Assembly (NCBI GenBank): GCA_029781825.1
Contig: JAKOVY010000031.1
Span: forward strand, 4,297-68,296
Source of the DNA: Bacillota bacterium
GTDB taxonomy: Bacteria > Bacillota > Syntrophomonadia > Syntrophomonadales > DTU052
Direction of reading: 5' to 3'
Length of the DNA: 64,000 nucleotides
Position numbers and translations under genes: made by a program. Below, one piece after another: positions 56,358 through 64,000 of this stretch; within the stretch, counting starts at the first letter, position 1, and each line of letters opens with the position of its first letter. The notes beneath the pieces are model-generated. The model had not been told where the DNA came from and ran no database searches. It saw only the letters and a program-made list of their open reading frames with translations.

Positions 56358-59300
56358 ATGCATCTTAAAAGCCTGGAACTGCGAGGCTTTAAATCTTTTG
56401 CCAAAGGTATTGAAATTGAGTTTCGCCCGGGTATCAATGTTATTGTCGGCCCCAACGGCTGTGGGAAAAGCAACATTGCGGATGCCATTCGTTGGGTGCT
56501 GGGTGAAGCCAATATCCGCAATCTGCGGGGGCAGAGGGGAGAAGACGTAATCTTTACCGGAACGGATAAGAAAAAACCGTTGGGAATGGCTACCGTCTCC
56601 ATGACCCTCGATAATCAGGATAATTTGATTAACAGTGAATACTCCGATATCAATATTACCAGGCGCATCTATCGGACGGGTGAAAGCCAGTTTTTGATCA
56701 ACGCCGTTGAAGTGCGCTTGAAGGATATACACCGCCTGCTGTCCGGTACCGGTTTGGGGAAAAGAGGTTATGCGATAATCGGGCAGGGCGAATTGGAGCA
56801 GGTCCTCGATGCCAAGCCTTTCGAACGCCGCCTTATCATCGAAGAAGCCGCCGGGCTTTCCGGCTATCGGATGAAAAAGGATGAGGCCGAAGCCAAGTTG
56901 CAAGCATCGTCGCAGGACATCATAAGGTTGGAAGACATTCTTGGCGAGGTTAAACAGCGGGTCGGCGAATTGGAGGAAAAGGCGCAGAAGGCCCGAGAAT
57001 ACCTACAGCTCGATTCAGAGCGGACGTTCCTGGAGAGAAAGATACTGGCTTACGAGTTATTCCAGCTGGATCAGGAACTTAAGTCGCGGGAGCGGGACTT
57101 GAAGGATCTTACAGAACGCCTTTTGGAATACCGGCAAGCCTTGGAGGAAAAGGAGAAGGAGATTAAAGATAATCAGGAACTCTTGAGGAATATCCGCGAG
57201 AGCAGTGCGGAGGCCAGGGAGAAAAAATTCAATCTTATTACCAGGATAAACCGTCAGGAGAACGAGGTCCGGCTATCGCAGGAGAGAATTGATCACTCCC
57301 GCAAGCGGCTCGAGCAGTTGGCTGCCGACATCGTCAAATACGGGGACATGTTGACCAAACTGAAACAGGACATCGATACCCACCAGCAGGAACTGGCCTT
57401 AAAAGAAGCGGAACTGGAGGCGAAACGGCGAGAGGCCGAAGCGGTACATAACGAAATCGTAAAGGTGGAAGAAGGGTATCTCAGGGCAAGCGCTCAGATG
57501 GAGAGCGATAGAACCCGTTTAATAGATTGTTTGAGCCTGGAATCAGGTTATAAGAATGAGATAAGAGAAAAAGAGGAGCGTCTGAGAAAAAACCGGGAGA
57601 AGCTTGAGTTTGGCCGTACCGAAGACCAGTACCGGCAGCAGAAGATTAAGAACTGGCAGAACGATTTGGCCGCTCTGGAACGGGAAATTGGGGACGGACA
57701 ATCCCTCCTGGAAGGACTGCACCAGGAAAAACAAAAGCTCGAAAAAGAAAGACAGCAGATATCTGCGGAAGTCGCGCAATTGGAGAGTCAGCTCACATCG
57801 ATGCAGGCGGAGTATCGAGGCCTGCAAAATCAGTTATTGACCCTGGAAGACAGCATAAAGTCTCATGTGGGCATCTCGGAGGGTGCACGCCGGCTTTTGG
57901 CGGCCATACAACAGGAGTCCAGCCTGGTCCCGGGATTTGTTGGGGTTATGAGTGATCTGATTGAAGTACCTCCCGGCTTGGAGGTAGCGGTGGAAGCGGC
58001 CGCCGGGCGCAGCCTGGAGAATATGGTAGTCACGGATTATGAAGATGCCAAGGCCGCCATCAACCTGTTGAAATCGAAATCCTGGGGACGGGTAACATTT
58101 CTGCCGCTGAATATGCTTCGCAACAGGCCGCTCAGCAGTAAGGAACTGGGGGCAATTCAAGGCATACCCGGAGTATTGGGTCTGGCTGCGCAACTGGTAA
58201 AGTATTCGCCTCACTGCCGGCAGGCAGTTGAGTATGTCCTGGGGAGGGTATTGATCGTCGAGAACCTGGACGTCGGTTTACAGGTATTTAAAAAGCAGTC
58301 CCATTTCCTCATAGTTACCCTTGAAGGCGAAATAATAAATCCGAGCGGTGCTATGACCGGAGGCAAATCCAAGGAAAGAACCTCACCCCTGCGCATCAGG
58401 GCTTCCTATCGTGAGAAACAGAAGGAGATTGAAAAGCTAAAGACCCAATTGAAGCATACCGGCTCAAGCCTGGAAGAGAAGAAAGCTCAGCTCCAGGAAC
58501 TTGAAAGCCGTTCAGCCGGTATCCAGCAAAAGATAAATGAGACCCTCTTTCAACTGGACATACAGAAGAAAGAACAGGAAAGATTATGTTCGGAAATCGA
58601 CAAGGTAAGGCAGGAGACATTGCAATTCCTGGAGATGGAAAGGACGGCGCAGCGAGAAATATCCGCTCTGGAAAAGGAGTTGTCCCATCTTACCGTACAG
58701 TGTGCCGATATGCGCTCCCAGATTGACGTTCTGGAAAAGGAAATTGAAGGCCGTAAATATGAATCGGAGCGTCTGTCACGGCAGTTGGAGCTCCTGCGTG
58801 AGCGTTACGCGAATTACAGCGATCTCATTGACGTTTCCCAGCAGGAGTTGGACAGCCGACGCCAGGGAATACAACAACTGGCGGCGGTGAAAGAGTCTTA
58901 CGAGGCAAGCCTGGAGGATTATGATCAGCAGGTATCAAGGTTTACCGGCGTCATGGAGGCGGAGAGTGAGCGGATAAAGACTTTGGAGGCTGAGATAGCA
59001 CAGCTTCAACTGGAGTTGAAGGATGTCGAGAGCAGTCTGCAGGAATTGGAGCAGCACGCGGTCGACATCCAGAAGCAGGGAGCCGGTCTGCAGGAGGCGG
59101 CTGAGGACTGCCGTAAAGAGGTTGCGGCCCTGGAAGATAAGATCAAACAACTGGAAATAAGAAAGGCCCGCATCGAAACGGAGCAGAAAAACGTCCTCCA
59201 GATATGGGAAGAAAAATTTGCAGGCGAATCCGTTGACGACCCCGGGGAAGACATGAACAACCGCCGGCAGCGAATGATGCGGGAAAGATTGGAGGTTGTC

Positions 59301-59933
59301 AAGCAGGCCATCGAGGAGCTTGGTCCGGTGGATGTTGCCGCTATCGACGAGCTGAACGAGATCAACCAAAGATTTGTTTTTCTCAAAAGCCAGCTTGAAG
59401 ACCTGCAGCAGGCCCGGCAGGCCTTGACCAAAATAATCGAAGAGACCGAGGCTGTTATGAACAGCCGATTTAATGATTTTCTGGCGGTTGCCAACGCCAG
59501 TTTCAATAAAACCTTCCACACCATCTTTCAGGGTGGAGAAGCCGAGCTCATACGGGAGGAGCATGAGGACATCTGGCAGTCGGGCGTGGAAATAATGGTC
59601 AAGATGCCCGGGAAAAGACGGCAGTCACTCAACCTGCTATCCGGTGGAGAACGGGCTTTGACCTGCATTGCCTTCATTTTCTCGCTTCTGGTATTAAAAC
59701 CTACCCCCTTCTGTCTGTTTGATGAGGTTGACTCCTCTCTGGATGACGCCAATTTGGCGAGATTTACCGAATTTCTAAAACGTTTGGCAGAGAGGATGCA
59801 GTTTATTGTGATCACCCACCGCCAGGGCACCATCGAAGTTGCGGATAATATATTCGGTGTAACCATGCCGGAGCAGGGCTTGTCGGAGGTTTATTCCTTA
59901 AGCCCGGAAGAGGCGGAGGTACTGGCGGGTTAA
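56358..59933 (+). CDS. smc: Chromosome segregation protein SMC
   Basis: 1191 aa with the Walker A motif GPNGCGKSN, long coiled coils, a hinge, and the C-terminal signature LSGGERALT with Walker B FCLFDEVD. Confidence 0.95.
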   Translation: MHLKSLELRGFKSFAKGIEIEFRPGINVIVGPNGCGKSNIADAIRWVLGEANIRNLRGQRGEDVIFTGTDKKKPLGMATVSMTLDNQDNLINSEYSDINITRRIYRTGESQFLINAVEVRLKDIHRLLSGTGLGKRGYAIIGQGELEQVLDAKPFERRLIIEEAAGLSGYRMKKDEAEAKLQASSQDIIRLEDILGEVKQRVGELEEKAQKAREYLQLDSERTFLERKILAYELFQLDQELKSRERDLKDLTERLLEYRQALEEKEKEIKDNQELLRNIRESSAEAREKKFNLITRINRQENEVRLSQERIDHSRKRLEQLAADIVKYGDMLTKLKQDIDTHQQELALKEAELEAKRREAEAVHNEIVKVEEGYLRASAQMESDRTRLIDCLSLESGYKNEIREKEERLRKNREKLEFGRTEDQYRQQKIKNWQNDLAALEREIGDGQSLLEGLHQEKQKLEKERQQISAEVAQLESQLTSMQAEYRGLQNQLLTLEDSIKSHVGISEGARRLLAAIQQESSLVPGFVGVMSDLIEVPPGLEVAVEAAAGRSLENMVVTDYEDAKAAINLLKSKSWGRVTFLPLNMLRNRPLSSKELGAIQGIPGVLGLAAQLVKYSPHCRQAVEYVLGRVLIVENLDVGLQVFKKQSHFLIVTLEGEIINPSGAMTGGKSKERTSPLRIRASYREKQKEIEKLKTQLKHTGSSLEEKKAQLQELESRSAGIQQKINETLFQLDIQKKEQERLCSEIDKVRQETLQFLEMERTAQREISALEKELSHLTVQCADMRSQIDVLEKEIEGRKYESERLSRQLELLRERYANYSDLIDVSQQELDSRRQGIQQLAAVKESYEASLEDYDQQVSRFTGVMEAESERIKTLEAEIAQLQLELKDVESSLQELEQHAVDIQKQGAGLQEAAEDCRKEVAALEDKIKQLEIRKARIETEQKNVLQIWEEKFAGESVDDPGEDMNNRRQRMMRERLEVVKQAIEELGPVDVAAIDELNEINQRFVFLKSQLEDLQQARQALTKIIEETEAVMNSRFNDFLAVANASFNKTFHTIFQGGEAELIREEHEDIWQSGVEIMVKMPGKRRQSLNLLSGGERALTCIAFIFSLLVLKPTPFCLFDEVDSSLDDANLARFTEFLKRLAERMQFIVITHRQGTIEVADNIFGVTMPEQGLSEVYSLSPEEAEVLAG

Positions 59934-59984
59934 TGGTATAAACTATGGATAGTTAATTGAAAACGGCAGCGGTAAGCCTTAGCT

Positions 59985-60980
59985 GTGGCAGCAGTGTTGT
60001 CTTGTTTCCAAGCGGACAACAGGATAAAACTCGGTTGCTGCCGGTTCATTAACGGGAAGGGAGAGATCAGGATTTTTAATCGCATTCGAGAGGGGTTTTC
60101 CAGGACGCGGCAGAACATAATCAACAAGGTCGAGAGCCTTGTCAAAAGCAGCCGGAGTCTGGATGAAGAATTTTTCGAAGAACTAGAGGAGATCCTGATT
60201 GGGTCCGACATTGGAGTAATGACGACTCAGGAACTGATCAGGAACCTGCGGCAACAGGTAAAGGAAAACCGGATGTCGAAGCCGGAGGAGGTCAGGGAGG
60301 TCCTGAAGAATCACATCTCCAGTATCATGGCCGAGATCAGCGAGCCGCTGCGGTTTGCCGAAAAGGGGACCACTGTGTTCCTGGTGGTAGGAGTAAACGG
60401 GGTGGGCAAAACCACAACCATTGCCAAATTGGCTTACCGTTTCAAGTCCCAGGGTAAAGAGGTGCTGCTGGCCGCTGCAGATACATTCCGGGCCGCCGCC
60501 ATTGAGCAGCTGCAGGTCTGGGCGGACCGGGTGGGAGTGGAGCTGATCAAGCACCATGCCGGAGCCGATCCGGCGGCGGTGGTGTTTGATGCGCTCAAAG
60601 CCGCTCAGGCTAGAAGGATCGATGTTTTGATAATTGATACCGCCGGTCGTCTTCATACCAAGACCAACCTGATGAAGGAGATTGCCAAAGTCAGGCGGGT
60701 GATTGAACGGGAGATCGCAGACGGACCCCATGAAGTTCTGCTGGTTCTGGACGCTACCACCGGGCAGAATGCGGTCAGCCAGGCGCGCAGTTTTCAAGAG
60801 GCCACCGGAATATCGGGTATTGTTCTGACCAAATTGGACGGAACCGCCAAAGGCGGCATAGTGGTGGCTTTGGCCCGGGAGCTCAAGGTTCCGGTTAAAC
60901 TGTTGGGTGTGGGTGAGGGCCTCCAGGATCTGGAGGATTTCAACAGCCAGGATTTTGCAGCGGCATTGTTTACGGAATAA
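59985..60980 (+). CDS. ftsY: Signal recognition particle receptor FtsY
   Basis: Has the NG domain ([42 protein letters not shown]). The start is uncertain: GTG 59985 lacks an RBS, while in-frame ATT 60072 lies 6 nt after AAGGGAGAG. Confidence 0.88.
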   Translation: MAAVLSCFQADNRIKLGCCRFINGKGEIRIFNRIREGFSRTRQNIINKVESLVKSSRSLDEEFFEELEEILIGSDIGVMTTQELIRNLRQQVKENRMSKPEEVREVLKNHISSIMAEISEPLRFAEKGTTVFLVVGVNGVGKTTTIAKLAYRFKSQGKEVLLAAADTFRAAAIEQLQVWADRVGVELIKHHAGADPAAVVFDALKAAQARRIDVLIIDTAGRLHTKTNLMKEIAKVRRVIEREIADGPHEVLLVLDATTGQNAVSQARSFQEATGISGIVLTKLDGTAKGGIVVALARELKVPVKLLGVGEGLQDLEDFNSQDFAAALFTE

Positions 60981-60993
60981 AGGGGGAGAAAAA

Positions 60994-61782
60994 ATGAGCA
61001 TTATAGCTGTAATCGGTGGGACCGGCGTATATGACCCGGACATGCTGGAGGATGTAAAGGAGGAAGTCATCAGCACCAGCTACGGTGAAGTTAAGCTCAC
61101 GCGGGGACATTTTCAGGGAAGACCTGTCGCGTTCATGCCTCGGCATGGCGGTGACCATTCGGTTCCGCCGCATCGAATAAATTATCGTGCCAATATTGCG
61201 GCCCTGCACCAATTGGGAGCGAAAAGAATCATCGCCACGGCCGCTGTTGGTTCTTTAAATCCCGACTACAAGCCTGGTTCCATGGTGATCGTGGATCAGT
61301 TCATAGATTTTACCAAGAACCGCATCTCCACCTTTTATGAGGGAGACGAACGGGGAGTAATCCATACTGATGTAACCGAACCCTACTGTCCGGAGCTGAG
61401 AAAGGTCTTATTCGAAGCGGCCTCCGCTACCGGGCCCGATGTCTTTGACCGCGGTACCTATGTATGCACCGAGGGTCCGCGTTTTGAAACCGCAGCAGAA
61501 ATCAGGATGTACCGCATCCTGGGAGGAGATGTTGTAGGGATGACTTCGGTGCCGGAAGCAGTGCTGGCGCGGGAACTGGGCATCTGCTACGCGACGGTGG
61601 CTATGGTTACCAACTTTGCCGCCGGGATATCTCCAAACCGGCTGACCCATGATGAGGTTGTCAGCTTTATGCAGAGCAATATTATCAGGCTGAGAAAGGT
61701 TATTACCACGGCCATTGAACGGATCCCGCAGCAGTCGAAATGCGAATGCGGCCTGGTACCGGAAAGTATAAAGGCGAAATAA
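60994..61782 (+). CDS. mtnP: S-methyl-5'-thioadenosine (or thioinosine) phosphorylase
   Basis: Carries IAVIGGTGVY, FMPRHGGDHSVPPHRINYRANI and VGMTSVPEAVLARE. Confidence 0.9.
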   Translation: MSIIAVIGGTGVYDPDMLEDVKEEVISTSYGEVKLTRGHFQGRPVAFMPRHGGDHSVPPHRINYRANIAALHQLGAKRIIATAAVGSLNPDYKPGSMVIVDQFIDFTKNRISTFYEGDERGVIHTDVTEPYCPELRKVLFEAASATGPDVFDRGTYVCTEGPRFETAAEIRMYRILGGDVVGMTSVPEAVLARELGICYATVAMVTNFAAGISPNRLTHDEVVSFMQSNIIRLRKVITTAIERIPQQSKCECGLVPESIKAK

Positions 61783-61784
61783 CG

Positions 61785-62840
61785 ATGAAGAGTATTGAAT
61801 GGCGGGAAAATGGAGTCAGAATACTGGATCAGACCCGGTTGCCCGGAGAGGTCCGCTATCGGTTGCTGTCATCGGTTGAAGAGGTGGCCGAGGCTATCAA
61901 AAGGCTTGAGGTCAGGGGTGCACCCTTGATAGGGGTTACCGCCGCTTACGGGATAGCTTTGGCCGCAGTCAAACATACCGGTGACCGGGAGAGCCTGAAA
62001 AACGAACTGATCCGGAGCAGTGAAATCCTGGTCAATACCAGGCCCACAGCGGTTAACCTCCGCTGGGCGGTGGAAAGAATGATGCAGGTCTACCACGCTT
62101 CAAGTCACCTGGAGTTGGACGCAATAAGGGAGCGCCTGGTTGCTGAAGCCAGGCGGATGGAGGAAGAGGACCTGCACCAGAACATGCGCATCGGAGAGCT
62201 GGGAGCGGATCTCCTGCCGGAAGATGCCCGAGTGCTGACCATATGCAATGCAGGAGCACTGGCCACCTGCGGACATGGGACCGCACTGGGCCTTGTGCGC
62301 TCGGCTTTTTCCCGCGGACGGGTGAAAAAGGTTTGGGCCTGTGAAACCCGACCGGTTCTGCAGGGATCGCGGCTTACGGTTTGGGAACTGGCGGAGGACG
62401 AGATCCCGGTAACCCTCATAACCGACAATATGGCCGGGTATGTTATGCGTTCCGGTCAGGTGGATGTGGTCGTAACCGGCGCCGATAGGATAGCTGCCAA
62501 CGGGGATACCGCGAACAAGATCGGAACATACGGGCTGGCGGTTTTGGCTCATCACCACCGCATACCGTTTATCGTTGCTGCTCCGTTCTCTTCTATAGAT
62601 TTGAGCATTCCCGACGGTGAGAAGATACCCATTGAATTCAGAGATCCCGATGAGGTGAGAAAAGTCGGAGGCTTGTTGATTACCCTCCCGGAGGCGGAGG
62701 TGTTAAATCCAGCCTTTGATGTTACCCCCGGAGAACTTATAACCGCCATCGTAACCGAGAGAGGGGTGGCCCGTCCACCTTACCTCAGCTCGCTCGCCAA
62801 CCTCAACAAAAAAGGAAGGGAAGAAAGCTATGAATTATGA
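61785..62840 (+). CDS. mtnA: S-methyl-5-thioribose-1-phosphate isomerase
   Basis: Carries ILDQTRLP, VRGAPLIGVTAAYG and GADRIAANGDTANKIGTY. Confidence 0.92.
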   Translation: MKSIEWRENGVRILDQTRLPGEVRYRLLSSVEEVAEAIKRLEVRGAPLIGVTAAYGIALAAVKHTGDRESLKNELIRSSEILVNTRPTAVNLRWAVERMMQVYHASSHLELDAIRERLVAEARRMEEEDLHQNMRIGELGADLLPEDARVLTICNAGALATCGHGTALGLVRSAFSRGRVKKVWACETRPVLQGSRLTVWELAEDEIPVTLITDNMAGYVMRSGQVDVVVTGADRIAANGDTANKIGTYGLAVLAHHHRIPFIVAAPFSSIDLSIPDGEKIPIEFRDPDEVRKVGGLLITLPEAEVLNPAFDVTPGELITAIVTERGVARPPYLSSLANLNKKGREESYEL

Positions 62841-63477
62841 CCGGCTGCGCCAGGAAGTAGTGGAGACTGCTCGACAGATGCTTAACCAGGGCCTGGTACG
62901 GGGCACCTGGGGCAATGTGAGCGCCCGTCTGCCTGATAGACCGGGGATGTTGATCACTCCCAGCGGAATGGATTACCTGACTATGACTCCCGACGATATA
63001 GTGCTGGTTGAGGGAGATTCGGTTATTGGGCGCTGGAAACCTTCAATCGAACTCCTGCTCCACAAGGCCATATATGAAAAACGTCCCGATGTCGGAGCCA
63101 TTGTTCACACCCACAGCGTTTTTGCCACCGTCTTTGCTGCCGCCGAACGCCCAATCCCGGCTATTACCGAAGAAATGGCTCAAGTGATCGGCGGCTCGGT
63201 GGAACCTGCTCCTTATGCTCCCTGCGGCAGTTCCGCTTTGGCAGAGCTCGCGGCCAAATATCTGAATCGCAAGCAGGCAGTCCTTCTGGCAAAACACGGG
63301 CTGGTTGGCGTGGGACGGGACCTTAAAGAGGCCTTGCTTTCCTGTATCATCGTTGAAAAAACGGCTCAGATAGCGGCTGTTGCCAATATGCTTGGGGGAT
63401 GCACTGAGTTCACCCCCGATGAAATCAGGGAGTTGCGAGAAAACTATCTGTATAAATACGGTCAAGACAAGGAGTGA
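62830..63477 (+). CDS. Class II aldolase/adducin family protein (FucA-like; candidate 5-(methylthio)ribulose-1-phosphate aldolase or MtnB-type dehydratase)
   Basis: Carries GTWGNVSAR, KPSIELLLH and the zinc ligands VHTHS. It overlaps mtnA by 11 nt. Confidence 0.8.
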   Translation: MNYDRLRQEVVETARQMLNQGLVRGTWGNVSARLPDRPGMLITPSGMDYLTMTPDDIVLVEGDSVIGRWKPSIELLLHKAIYEKRPDVGAIVHTHSVFATVFAAAERPIPAITEEMAQVIGGSVEPAPYAPCGSSALAELAAKYLNRKQAVLLAKHGLVGVGRDLKEALLSCIIVEKTAQIAAVANMLGGCTEFTPDEIRELRENYLYKYGQDKE

Positions 63478-63483
63478 TCTGGG

Positions 63484-64000
63484 ATGATTCTGATCAAGAA
63501 CTGCGCCATACTGCCGATGACCTCTCCCGCCGACTACATTGAGAAAGGCTACATAACCGTAGAGGGCTCGAGAATTGAAGCAGTTGGCGCCGGTCAGCCC
63601 CCGGATGAGAAGCATTTCAGTGAGGTGATCGATGGCACGGGAATGGTGGCTCTGCCGGGTATGGTAAATGCCCATACCCATGCGGCTATGACATTGATGC
63701 GCGGTTATGGCAACGATCTGCCGCTTATGGAGTGGCTGCAGGAAAAGATTTGGCCCATTGAGGACAAACTGACGCCGGAGGACTGTTACTGGGGGGCTCT
63801 CCTGGGAATCACCGAGATGATAAAGTCGGGCACCACGTGTTTTGCCGATATGTATTTCAACATGGAGGAAGTGGCCCGAGCCGTGGAGGAAACCGGCATC
63901 AGAGCCTCGCTGTCGCAGGGAATGGTCGGTTTGGCCCCCACGGGAGAAACCGCCTTTCAAAAGAGCCGGGATCTCTTCCGGTGGAATGGCAGAGGAGACG
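63484..64000 (+). CDS. mtaD: 5-methylthioadenosine/S-adenosylhomocysteine deaminase (amidohydrolase MtaD), 3' end truncated by the window edge
   Basis: Carries ALPGMVNAHTHAAMTLMRGYGNDLPLMEWL, characteristic of the MtaD/TRZ-ATZ amidohydrolases. The ORF is open to the end of the window. Confidence 0.85.
   Translation, partial: MILIKNCAILPMTSPADYIEKGYITVEGSRIEAVGAGQPPDEKHFSEVIDGTGMVALPGMVNAHTHAAMTLMRGYGNDLPLMEWLQEKIWPIEDKLTPEDCYWGALLGITEMIKSGTTCFADMYFNMEEVARAVEETGIRASLSQGMVGLAPTGETAFQKSRDLFRWNGRGD

Noticed and set aside
1-64000. Mobile elements, CRISPR arrays, tRNA/rRNA genes, and defence or toxin-antitoxin systems.
   Set aside because: I saw no transposase, integrase or Cas-like ORFs, no regularly spaced repeats and no tRNA cloverleaf or rRNA signatures while reading both strands. 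The only compositionally foreign stretch is the small 3641-4652 islet, which is reported separately.

Overview
This is a chromosomal window from an anaerobic, endospore-forming Firmicute of class Clostridia (moderately GC-rich by eye). The sporulation genes gpr, spoVS and ylbJ and the Bacillus ylb/ylo-type synteny point to a Peptococcaceae- or Syntrophomonadaceae-like organism. It is densely coded, mostly on the plus strand, and contains core metabolism rather than a mobile island.

Gene order from left to right:
- MarR regulator, then an FAH-family gene interrupted by an in-frame TAG
- speD
- glpK, a low-GC two-ORF islet, then a glycerol-3-phosphate dehydrogenase
- menaquinone late-step genes: a degenerate prenyl-synthase paralog, UbiD-, UbiA- and UbiX-like genes, and a polyprenyl diphosphate synthase
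- tatC, a selenocysteine (UGA-recoded) Tat-exported formate dehydrogenase fdhABC, fdhE and tatA
- a complete siroheme-dependent (Ahb-type) heme b pathway: sirC, hemA, hemC, cobA-hemD, a NirJ-like radical SAM gene, hemB, a second NirJ-like gene, ahbA/B-like genes and hemL
- an orphan cheR
- etfBA, a membrane FeS oxidoreductase, an acyl-CoA dehydrogenase and a thiolase
- coaD and a 3D-domain cell-wall protein
- hslO, rpmB, asp23, yloV and recG
- gpr, rsmD, ylbJ, a patatin-like protein and tmcAL
- pta-ackA
- yceD, rpmF, plsX, acpP, rnc, a radical SAM gene, spoVS, smc and ftsY
- an MTA/5'-deoxyadenosine salvage cluster: mtnP, mtnA, a class II aldolase and mtaD (truncated by the window end)

I found no rRNA, tRNA, CRISPR array, transposase or integrase.

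The observations most worth follow-up:
1. About 30 kb concatenates every part of a menaquinone-linked reverse-electron-transport chain: acyl-CoA dehydrogenase, Etf, membrane FeS oxidoreductase, menaquinone, cytochrome b and an external Sec-FDH. The menaquinone and heme b cofactor pathways sit in the same block.
2. An in-frame TAG falls exactly at a conserved Gln codon of the FAH gene.
3. A polyprenyl synthase paralog has lost both Asp-rich motifs.
4. Two long unannotated non-coding regions (44117-44698 and 51784-52071) carry terminator-like hairpins, direct repeats and C-rich anti-SD-like motifs that suggest small RNAs.

All functional calls rest on motif and family recognition by eye. No database search was run, and coordinates of non-ORF elements may be off by 1-2 nt.
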